Source: Laetmonice hystrix
Lineage: Eukaryota
NCBI GenBank assembly: GCA_965235115.1
Contig: OZ249437.1
Location: 14,632,001 to 14,696,000, forward strand
DNA length: 64,000 nt
Direction of reading: 5' to 3'
Position 1 is the stretch's first letter; every line of letters starts with the position of its first letter. This document shows, one piece after another, positions 34,432-46,000 of this stretch. A program made the translations under genes and the position numbers. The notes under the pieces are model-generated. The model did no database searches. It had not been told where the DNA came from and saw nothing but the letters and a program-made list of their open reading frames with translations.

Positions 34432-36461
34432 CTTTGCTGCTGCTGTGCCGTGTCTTGGCCTAGCCTAGATCTAGAATCTATGTCAGTGCTGCCTCACACG
34501 ACACGAGTGACGGACCGTCGCCCCCTCCTTTCTTCGCTTGTTTTTTTGTAAGTTTACGGTGCTTAGCGTCCCGTGTACCAAGGTTACGATTTCTAATAAT
34601 GACAAGTAAGTAGGCCGTATGACTTCTTTCCACCAAATGTAGACTCTCTGCTGATACTTTGATCAGAGACTGAGAGCGGCTGCAATCTCGACTAGCCTAT
34701 CGCTTCTGCATCCCAGTCGGCTAAGCTGGTTCCCGGCTCCCTCGCTAGGTGGCTCTGTAGTCGCATAGCCACCTAGCGAGGGAACAGGGAACAAGCCAAG
34801 GCTTGGTCTCCGCTAGGGGGCCACAACAAGCCCTCTGCTGGGGTCTCCGCTAGGCGGCCAAAGCAGCAGAGTGAACCTGAGCTGGGGCCAGATGTATAAT
34901 GCCTCGGCAAACGCCGAGACAGCTGCTGCTAAATTTCCAACAGCAAAATTGTATTGCAAAAAAATTCTGGGGCACACAAACTTAAAAAAAAAAACATAGC
35001 CTAGGGTGGTCAAGCCAGAAATTTAAATACATTGTAGACACATGTTATTGAATTATGAAAGCTCTCAGAGGGAGTATTTAAACAGTATTTAAATTATAAA
35101 AATTGGTCAAATGGTTTAAAAGTTACAGGTGATCAAAGATGCCAAAATTTGCCCTTTTTCTGATTGCCGCGCGACCGATTTGTCCTTTTGCGTTTGTTTG
35201 TGAAGATCTAATGGATCCTACAAAGATCTGTATGCGACAACCCTAGATTCGACTTTTGACACTGAACCCCACTGTTGCATATTTGCAACATACCGGTAGC
35301 TAAAAAAGGGGTAAAAATAATTCTAAAAATTATCCCACTGAGGTATTGTAATTTCTTACTTTTAAACAGTGGTTGACTTTTTTGGCCACACCAAAACATT
35401 GTTGGGTCTTACAAGGTTGATAAGAAAAATCTGCTGACACAGTTACATACTTTATATAGTCTATTCTTCTTGTGGGCCTTTAATAGCATTTTTAAACTTC
35501 ACCTCTCAATTGCAACACTTATAAAACACTAGTTTTTCTATCCCCGTTTTTATTGCAGTGTTTTATGAAAAAATATCACCAATCTTATTAAGCTATGTAC
35601 AAAATCTCGACGACTCGGCACACAAGACATCGGACAAAGTCACATGACTCTGCAGGGTTCACACCGTACTACATGCTCAATGATCTCTCATCACCATACC
35701 TCCTTAAGAAAAATGGGGCGAATCCAGGATCCAGGATTTTGGTAGTAAGGGGGTGGGAGATAAAGGGAAGAATTTGCTGGGGGGGCCGTTTCGGCATGGT
35801 CAATTCATAAAGTTCTCTGGGGGGAAAAAGAAAAATTGGCTGCCAAGGGGGTGTTTTAACCCCCTAAATCCCCTCTGGATCCGCCACTGGAGGGCCACTA
35901 ACGCACCACCATATAGTGATGAACCAGTTCAGACCACATGTTCTTATTTTGGACTTGAAGATGATAACGACAGGTTTATCTTTGCAAAACAGCGCTATCT
36001 ACATAGAACAACCCCCTCCACACAGACACCATCACTCCACCCACCCCACCCCACCCACACAAAAATGTGAGAAACACACTCCCAGTTTATTTGTACACAT
36101 ATTATACTGCCAGTACTGTATAACTGTTTAATTTAGTGTGTATAAAATTTAGCGAATTTTCAATAACTATTTAGCAGGTACAAATTTTAGCGATTTGAGA
36201 ATTAGTAATAGTATGAAGGCTTTATAGTTCAAAATTAGGGGCAACTATTGTTATAGAAAATGGCAAATCACTAAATTCGCTAAATTAAATACCTCGCTAA
36301 AATCACTTGTTATACAGCATACTGGTACAAATCTCCTAGTATACACACAACTCCCAGTATGCCTATAAATACAACACACTCTGAGTATACTGGTACACAC
36401 ACACTCAGCATACACACAACACACTGCAAGTATACTGAACACACTCCAAGTATACTGATAC

Positions 36462-36792
36462 CACTGGGGGATCGGGGGGGGGGGCAAGGGGCCCGGCCCC
36501 CCCCCCCCCCTTAAATTTTCCTTTTTCCCGCTTTTTTGTACAAAGATGCATTATTCGGACCCTGAAACCAGTATTCCAACAAAATTCTGTAAAAAAAGCC
36601 TCCTAAATTGTACGTGATAGCAACATCGGGCCCAATAGGGCCTCCTCAGTCATCCAGGAGCAACATAACTTTGGGTCATGCAGCAAAAGGGGCCCAAAAT
36701 GGCCATGATTACAATAAAACCATGCAGAGCATAGCGAGGTTAAAAAACTTTTTAGGTGGGCCCCCCTTATCAAAATCCTTGATCCCCCACTG
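36462..36792. mobile_element. CAG-type poly-G MITE
   Basis: CACTGGGGGATC ... GATCCCCCACTG; its right end is the reverse complement of the element starting at 18569. Confidence 0.6.
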
Positions 36793-37196
36793 TACACACA
36801 ACTCCCAGTATAAGCACAACACACTCCGAGTATACTGGTACACACGCTCAGAATACACACAACACACTCCAAGTACACTGATATATACAAGTCCCCCCAT
36901 ACAGACAACACACTCCCAGCATACCGGTACACAATAAAACTCCGTATATACAACATACTTCCATTATACAATACAAACTCCCAGTGTACACAGCATATTC
37001 CCAGTAACAAACTCCCAGTGTACACAGCTCACTCCCAGTGTACACAACATACTCCCAGTGTACACAACATGCTACCAGCGTACACATCATATTCCCAGTG
37101 TACACAAACATATTCCCAGTATACACAACATATTCCCAGTGTACACACCATATACTGCCAGTATGCATAACTATAACAAACTCCCAGTATACTCCA

Positions 37197-37347
37197 CAGG
37201 GCCGTAGCCTGGCTCAAATACGTGGGCACGTGATAGCGCGTCATTGTGCCGGTCGAGCTGGCCCAGGGTGTGGGTTAAAAAAACACAAAAAACTGGAAAT
37301 CCCAGGGGGGGGCAGCTGCCCCCCGCCCCCTGCAGGCTACGGCCCTG
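37197..37347. mobile_element. CAG-type MITE
   Basis: Perfect 15-bp TIR CAGGGCCGTAGCCTG / CAGGCTACGGCCCTG. Confidence 0.75.
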
Positions 37348-38012
37348 CACCAAACTCCCAGTATACACCAAACTATTCTCATAATACACCTACGTGCATT
37401 CTAATGACAAATAATGTCACTACTACAAGACTTTTGACTGAGCTGAACTGCTCAATTTCTAACTGGGCTACCTCAAGGTGGCCACAGGTCGCACATACTA
37501 CGATTGCTTGCGCTGCGACGAACTCGTCGGCATCAAGCAGAATGATTACGCTCTAGTTGCAGGGAATGTGTGTGCTCATTGGGAACACGCTCGGTTCTGA
37601 TCTGTTCCGCACAATCGTGCCTGAGCCACAGAGTGATCTTAAAGCCGGTCGCCGACTGTTCTGTTACGTCGTAAGGTTGAACTGCGGCCACCTTTACTCT
37701 CCCCCCCCCCCCGTATTACCCATGTGGAGAACATCCAAGAGCTTGGTACGAAGTGATTGCCGATATGACAAATTACAAATTTCGCATGATATCCTGAAAA
37801 ACTTACCATACCCCCTCAACCCTTACATCATGTTACTTGCCTAAACTAGGTTCTATTGCCCAAAGTTCTGCCCCAGCACCTTAATCACTCTCCATAACTT
37901 ATCGTTCAATCAACCTATGTACAATGTGTTCTATACACTAATATTTACCGACCATCGCCACAATATGGGTGGATGTAGACAGGCTGTCCTGATGAGGCAC
38001 TTGAGAGTGTCC

Positions 38013-38395
38013 AGCTCCGGCTGCACCAATGCCAGGATGAACGTTCTGTCAGCTCCGGCTGCACCAATGCTAGGATGAACGTTCTGTCAGCTCCGGCTGC
38101 ACCAATGCTAGGATGAACGTTCTGTCGGCTCCGGCTGCACCAATGCTAGGATGAACGTTCTGTCAGCTCCGGCTGCACCAATGCCAGGATGAACATTCTG
38201 TCGGTTTCGGCTGCACCAATGCTAGGATGAACGTTCTGTCAGCTCCAGCTGCACCAATGCTAGGATGAACATTCTGTCGGTTCCGGCTGCACCAATGCCA
38301 GGATGAACATTCTGTCGGTTTCGGCTGCACCAATGCTAGGATGAACGTTCTGTCAGCTCCAGCTGCACCAATGCTAGGATAAACGTTGTCAGCTC
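38013..38395. repeat. 38-bp minisatellite (~10 copies)
   Basis: Unit GCTCCGGCTGCACCAATGCTAGGATGAACGTTCTGTCA. Confidence 0.95.
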
Positions 38396-39072
38396 GGGAT
38401 GCATCAGTGCAACAGTTTTATCTTTCCTTTCTGTCAGCTCCAAACGACAGACCCCAGTTCCTGACATGGCCACGAGTTACAATGTCACCCATGAATATTT
38501 GTCCATAGTAAATAATAGTCACACTAGGCGACTACAGACCCCAATGCTTTCACTGGCCACACGTGTCACCTTCAGTGCAGTGCATACACTGTGCCTCAGA
38601 GCTACAGCAATCGCAGAAGTTTCAAAGTACTACACCAAGCTGAACAAATGTTTTTTGACAGAGCAGCCATGCTGGTTACTGAATGACAATCAGTATATCA
38701 CAATTTGCTTCTTTCGCTGTTACGAACATGTGCTCACACATTCTTACTCTCAAATATTTAATTGTAAAACATTTCATTCTTATCTCAACATATCATTGAT
38801 GAAGAATTATTTCATGATTACAATTATAATCATGATTATATGATTCAAAAATCCATTCTAATGTGTATCATATAATGCACACGTCCATGTACATAATATA
38901 CAAAATGAATATTGTGCTTTACACCCTGAATGATGAAGCACGACCATACACATCAGCAGTCATTTAGAATTGGAGTGTTAAACTCCCAACAACAAACAGT
39001 TATATTGGCACCTCACACATCACACTTTTAACAAATGTGCCATCAAATATAACTGCATCATATCCTGGGACG

Positions 39073-39215
39073 CAGGCCCGTAGCCAGGTTTATTTCCAGA
39101 GGGGGGGGGGATCGGGGGGGAGGGGGTAGAACTCATTGAGCGCCGAAGGTTCCACTATTAGAACTCAGGGTGGAACTTCTAGGATCCGGCAGGGTGGGGG
39201 TGGGTTACGGGCCTG
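39073..39215. mobile_element. CAG-type MITE
   Basis: CAGGCCCGTAGCC ... GGTTACGGGCCTG; similar ends at ~25525-25614. Confidence 0.65.
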
Positions 39216-40077
39216 GTTCCGACGCCACCGAGTGACTCTGTATGGGAATTATGGGCATGCTTCTCCCATCCCCTGGTGGAGAGGAGAAAAAATCTGGACA
39301 CTACACTGTGGTCTACTGATCCTGTGTAGAGTATAATTTTCCCTGACTATTTATACTGGTCATGTCATGACTAGACAATGCATGACCTAGCTGTAGATCC
39401 GGGCACCACTTACCCCAATATGTTGTGTTCCCAGTAAGTATTTCCACCTGAATTATTTAGATTATAAAACTGTTCAGGTAATTTAGCAATATTCCATCCT
39501 AGAATTCCGTCATAGCCTTATATCTTATGTTCCCATGAGATCAACCTGCGAGGGACATTGGAAGTTAGCGGATTATTCTCGCATCTCTTCACATTCCATT
39601 GAATCATGTTCACTGGAAGTGTTTACACTGAACATCTTAAATACTAACTGGTACATAAAAAATTACTACTCCATGGCATACCTATAATGTCCTTTTGGTT
39701 GCCGTCAAATCCGTGAGGAACCTCACATCAACCCTCTCATACACTGACCTGGTCAGCTGACTCATCCCTAACCCTCTCAGACTGACCTGGTCAGTTGACC
39801 CAGTCCCATGACCAATGTCACAGACTAATATCACAATGTATTCTTCTTATAACCTCCTGTACTTCATTATCACATAATCAAGTGTTAATCTCTACAGAAG
39901 CCACCAGGGGGCTCTTCACTGTAGTCCTGGAAACAAAACTGACTGGACAAATTGTGTGTCTTTGACATTGGTCCTGCAGGAGTTTCTGCCTCATATATAT
40001 GTATGCTCCTTGACATTATCATTCATCAAGCTTTACTCAGTAGGACTACTTAAGTAAGCTTCCCCTTGTAGGATTGG

Positions 40078-43000
40078 CTACGTAAGCTTCACTTTGTAAG
40101 CTTGTATTTCCATGGGAGCGACACTAGTCGCAGTTTGTGTATCCACTGACTTGCCATCGTGGATGAGCGACAGTGATGAAGACACGGCCTTTGACAGCCG
40201 AATATATTTAAACATTTTTCCTAATGTCACCTGAAAAGAAAAGAAAACTGTTTCAATGGCTTCATCAACATTGATTGTGTATTTAAATAGATAAAAACGA
40301 CACAACATAGAAGCCATGTTGCCTTTATTAACATTGAACACAGATAGGTCAGACAGGACAACCCTCTGATTGGCAAGCTCAGACTCACTTTGCTGTGGGT
40401 GGTAGGACAGGACATCCCTCTGATTGCCAGCGAGCTCAGATAACTCACCTTGCCATGGATGGTAGGACAGGACATCCCTCTGATTGCCAGCGAGCTCAGA
40501 TAACTCACCTTGCCATGGATGGTAGGACAGGACAGCCCTCTGATTGCCAGCGAGCTCAGATAACTCACCTTGCCATGGGTGGTAGGACAGGACAGCCCTC
40601 TGATTGCCAGCGAGCTCAGATAACTCACCTTGCCATGGATGGTAGGACAGGACAGCCCTCTGATTGCCAGCGAGCTCAGATAACTCACCTTGCCATGGGT
40701 GGTAGGACAGGACAGCCCTCTGAGTCTGATTGCCAGCGAGCTTAGATAACTCACCTTGCCATGGGTGGTAGGACAGGACAGCCCTCTGATTGCCAGCGAG
40801 CTCAGATAACTCACCTTGCCATGGGTGGTAGGACAGGACAGCCCTCTGAGTCTGATTGCCAGTGAGCTCAGATAACTCACCTTGCCATGGGTGGTAGGAC
40901 AGGACAGCCCTCTGATTGCCAGAAAGCTCAGATAACTCACCTTGCCATGGGTGGTAGGACAGGACAGCCCTCTGATTGCCAGAGAGCTCAGATAACTCAC
41001 CTTGCCATGGGTGGTAGGACAGGACAGCCCTCTGATTGCCAGAAAGCTCAGATAACTCACCTTGCCATGGGTGGTAGGACAGGACAGCCCTCTGATTGCC
41101 AGAGAGCTCAGATAACTCACCTTGCCATGGGTGGTAGGACAGGACAGCCCTCTGATTGCCAGAGAGCTCAGATAACTCACCTTGCCATGGGTGGTAGGAC
41201 AGGACAGCCCTCTGATTGCCAGAAAGCTCAGATAACTCACCTTGCCATGGGTGGTAGGACAGGACAGCCCTCTGATTGCCAGCGAGCTCAGATAACTCGC
41301 CTTGCCATGGCTGGTAGGACAGGACAGCCCTCTGATTGCCAGCGAGCTCAGATAACTCGCCTTGCCATGGGTGGTAGGACAGGACAGCCCTCTGATTGCC
41401 AGCGAGCTCAGATAACTCACCTTGCTGTGGGTGGTAGGACAGGACAGCCCTCTGAGTCTGATTGCCAGTGAGCTCAGATAACTCACCTTGCCATGGGTGG
41501 TAGGACAGGACAGTCCTCTAATTGCCAGCAAGCTCAGATAACTCACCTTGCTGTGGGTGGTAGGACAGGACAGCCCTCTGATTGCCACCAAGCTCAGATA
41601 ACTCACCTTGCTGTGGGTGGTAGGACAGGACAGCCCTCTGATTGCCATTGAGCTCAGATAACTCACCTTGCCATGGGTGGTAGGACAGGACAGTCCTGTG
41701 ATTGCCAGCAAGCTCAGATAACTCACCTTGCCATGGGTGGTAGGACAGGACAGCCCTCTGAGTCTGATTGCCAGTGAGCTCAGATAACTCACCTTGCCAT
41801 GGGAGGTAGGACAGGACAGTCCTCTGATTGCCAGCAAGCTCAGATAACTCACCTTGCCATGGGTGGTAGGACAGGACAGTCCTCTGATCGGCAGCGAGCA
41901 GTCAGATCCTGTATGGTGAAGAACTAGCGCCGTGGCATCCTGCGTGATAACCTGACCGTCTGAGTCCTTCTCTGGACTCTGCATAGTGCGCAGGTTTACG
42001 AGGTGTAGCTCACAGGGCAGCTCAGCTGTGAGTGGTGCATACTGGGGCAGGAGGTCGGCAGGCTGGGGGGGCCGAAGACCAGGGCCCTCAATGGGGGACA
42101 TCGCTGGCATCACCATGATAGGGTGGATGAGCTCCCGAGATAACATGTGACTGATCAGTGATGCATACCCAGCAGGCTGCTGGCTGTTGGCCTGTAGACA
42201 CAACATCCTTGATCAGACAACACAAAATCCACAATAAGACTACCTACACAACAATTCACATCCTCCGGTTGCTTTTTAACATCCCTATCCTTAAGAGAAG
42301 AACCATCCTTAAGAGAGGAAAAGTTTTAATGAGCATGAAGAAAAACGTCATTTCCAAACTGACCTCGTTGAACCTGTACGTACCTTTGAGAAGTGTTTGT
42401 GAGGTTCGAGCAGGAATCGGAACACATTTGGTGTTTTCTTGTTGTCAGTCACACCCTGACCAAGACCACGATTGTCGTCTTGGTTTAATGTTCGGTCTTG
42501 TATAATTTCAATCTGACCTACAACAGCCACAGTCATTCGGAGTAATACTTATCCAACTCTTAATCCAAATATACCCTACACGGTATAGAAGGCGTGAAGC
42601 CTCGAGGGCGATCTGGTATACACTCCCCCAGAAAAATTTGAAAATTAAAGTGCCAAATACGTGACTTTCTGGCATTTGGGAACAAAATCCAAGGTCTTAG
42701 AGTTAGCTGAAAATAGAATTTTTTTCATTAGCAATTAGTTCAAAAGTCAGTCTGCAAAAATAAGGGGGGTGGGGCACACCACAATCACCATCTATCAGAT
42801 AAGGCTAGATCTAGGTGCCACCTGGTGAGTCAGTATATAAAAGTAAAACCCAAGAAATAAACAGTGCCCTAACTGCCTAGACTAGCTAATTCAGAGATGA
42901 CGACGGCTAGTTACTGAAACTGAAAAAAACTACAGCTGAAACACTGCGCCGGGGTTCGATTCCTGTAAAGGACTATACAACTTTTCTCTTTAGGGACATT

Positions 43001-46000
43001 GTCAAAGTAATTGGGTTACCCCTGATGCCCGTGCATTTCAAAAGAAAAACACAGTTTTAAGCAAGAACATGATACATTTCCATTACTTTTCCATAGCCCA
43101 TGACAAAAAACTTGATTTTCCAAGACATTCCAGTACCTGGAAAACACAATGATCACTTTCCACACCTTTTTAAACCTTTCCAAAACCGGACAACCTTCCC
43201 CCATGGGTTAGGGTTAAGGATAGGATAAGGTCAGGGCTATGGATCTTTACTTATGACAAAATTCCGTGGGTTTGAATTTACCAGAGTGGTTTCTTAGTGA
43301 TGTTGTGACAATTAGTATTAGAGTTATCAGAGTTCAGGTAGTCATTTCACCACGCCTCACCCTGGGGCAGGGGTCACTCCCAGTAAAACATACCTTTGTG
43401 AAGGGAGGCCACTCCCAGTGACTGACCACTTAGGATGGAGAATCGACTCTTCGAGTCCTGGATGAATGCCATCGTTGGCATTGGGTAGAAATTTCCTTGT
43501 AGGGTCATTTTGTCATACGTTCGACGTCTGTGTACCTAATCATAACATATGAGCAGGAAGATTGAACCTTCATATATGCATCCTGTTGAAATATACTCAG
43601 CCCAGAGAATCACGCTCAATTTTCATTTCTCTGACTCCAGTTCTATCCAGCATTCATACTTACACAGTCTGTCCTCTCTTTCTCACTCCGTCAAGTATTC
43701 AGTCTTACACAGTCTGTCTTCTCTCTCTCTCACTCCGTCAGGTATTCAGTCTTACACAGTCTGTCATCTCTCTCTCACTCCGTCAAGTATTCAGTCTTAC
43801 ACAGTCTGTCATCTCTCTCTCACTCCGTCAAGTATTCAGTCTTACACAGTCTGTCATCTCTCTCTCACTCCGTCAAGTATTCAGTCTTACACAGTCTGTC
43901 ATCTCTCTCTCTCACTCCGTCAAGTATTCAGTCTTACACAGTCTGTCATCTCTCTCTCACTCCGTCAAGTATTCAGTCTTACACAGTCTGTCATCTCTCT
44001 CTCACTCTGTCAAGTATTCAGTCTTACACAGTCTGTCATCTCTCTCTCTCTCACTCCGTCAAGTATTTAATCTTACACAGTCTGTCATCTCTCTCTCACT
44101 CCGTCAAGTATTCAGTCTTACACAGTCTGTCATCTCTCTCTCACTCCGTCAAGTATTCAGTCTTACACAGTCTGTCATCTCTCTCTCACTCCGTCAAGTA
44201 TTCAGTCTTACACAGTCTGTCATCTCTCTCTCACTCCGTCAAGTATTCAGTCTTACACAGTCTGTCATCTCTCTCTCTCACTCCGTCAAGTATTCAGTCT
44301 TACACAGTCTGTCATCTCTCTCTCACTCCATCAAGTATTCAGTCTTACACAGTCTGTCATCTCTCTCTCTCACTCCGTCAAGTATTCAGTCTTACACAGT
44401 CTGTCATCTCTCTCTCTCAGTCCGTCAAGTATTCAGTCTTACACAGTCTGTCATCTCTCTCTCTCACTCCGTCAAGTATTCAGTCTTACACAGTCTGTCA
44501 TCTCTCTCTCTCTCACTCCGTCAAGTATTCAGTCTTACACAGTCTGTCATCTCTCTCTCTCACTCCGTCAAGCATTCAGTCTTACACAGTCTGTCATCTC
44601 TCTCTCTCTCACTCCGTCAAGTATTCAGTCTTACACAGTCTGTCATCTCTCTCTCACTCCGTCAAGTATTCAGTCTTACACAGTCTGTCATCTCTCTCTC
44701 TCACTCCGTCAAGTATTCAGTCTTACACAGTCTGTCATCTCTCTCTCACTCTGTCAAGTATTCAGTCCTACACAGTCTGTCATCTCTCTCACGCCATCAA
44801 GTATTCAATCTTACACAATCTGTCATCTCTCTCTCTCACTCCGTCAAGTATTCAGTCTTACGCAGTCTGTCATCTCTCTCACTCTGTCAAGTATTCAGTC
44901 TTACGCAGTCTGTCATCTCTCTCTCTCTCTCACTACAGCTCCGTCAAGTATTCAGTCTTACACAGTCTGTCATCTCTCTCTCACGCCATCAAGTATTCAA
45001 TCTTACACAGTCTGTCATCTCTCTCTCTCACTCCGTCAAGTATTCAGTCTTACACAGTCTGTCATCTCTCTCTCTCACTCCATCAAGTATTCAGTCTTAC
45101 ACAGTCTGTCATCTCTCTCTCTCTCACTCCGTCAAGTATTCAGTCTTACACAGTCTGTCATCTCTCTCTCACTCTGTCAAGTATTCAGTCCTACACAGTC
45201 TGTCATCTCTCTCACGCCATCAAGTATTCAATCTTACACAATCTGTCATCTCTCTCTCTCACTCCGTCAAGTATTCAGTCTTACGCAGTCTGTCATCTCT
45301 CTCACTCTGTCAAGTATTCAGTCTTACGCAGTCTGTCATCTCTCTCTCTCTCACTACAGCTCCGTCAAGTATTCAGTCTTACACAGTTTGTCATCTCTCT
45401 CTCACGCCATCAAGTATTCAATCTTACACAGTCTGTCATCTCTCTCTCTCTCACTCCGTCAAGTATTCAGTCTTACGCAGTCTGTCATCTCTCTCACTCT
45501 GTCAAGTATTCAGTCTTACACGATCTGTCATCCCATACCCCATGTCACAGTTAATAGAAATTACACAATCCCCAAAGATATAAAAGCATACCAAAGCTTT
45601 CAAATTACCTGGAATCCATTGAGATCAGAGAAGAATTCATTTTCCTCATTGTCAACACTGGTCTGGACTTGCATCGCAAGCTCGTAGTTTGTCTCATGGC
45701 GAATGTCCACCAGGTTGATCACATCCACAGCTAGGCTGTCCAGTCCTGGTAAACAGTCAGTGTATCACTCACACCATACTGTCCTACACCTTACAGCAAC
45801 GGTTGTCACAATAAACCATTTTATTTACATTGCCATAATGTCAACTTTGGGCAGGGGCCAAACATTAAGGTCTATCATTATAATAAAACTGCCCTCATGT
45901 CGACCTGGTGAAGGGCTCAAACACTGGGTTTATCATTATAATAAATCTGCCCTAATGTCGACCTGGAGGAGGGCTCAAACGTTGGGCCTATCATTATAAT

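Larger units (their letters stand above)
29252..35516. repeat. Segmental tandem duplication, copy B (contains ZNF copy B)
   Basis: Direct head-to-tail copy of 20611-29105, separated from it by ~146 bp of unique sequence. Confidence 0.92.
36060..37380. repeat. Degenerate ~20-bp tandem repeat interrupted by two CAG-type MITEs
   Basis: Recurrent ACTCCCAGTATACAC / TTCCCAGTGTACACAAC motifs. Confidence 0.8.

Noticed and set aside
20611-35516. Duplication as an uncollapsed haplotype artefact
   Set aside because: The copies are adjacent head-to-tail with a unique junction, many substitutions and several reciprocal TE indels; not fully excluded without read depth.
37949-38045. Possible hidden minus-strand exon whose acceptor is amplified by the 38-bp array (TGACAG|AACG ... 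GTCG|GTAAAT)
   Set aside because: The acceptor lacks a pyrimidine tract, no frame is recognisable, and there are no partner exons; needs RNA-seq.
40395-41471. + strand repeat ORFs ([20 protein letters not shown])
   Set aside because: Antisense reading of the MAN2A donor array; no independent gene signals.
43549-45583. 673-aa and 173-aa + strand ORFs
   Set aside because: Translations of a stop-poor intronic minisatellite, antisense to MAN2A; no domain content.
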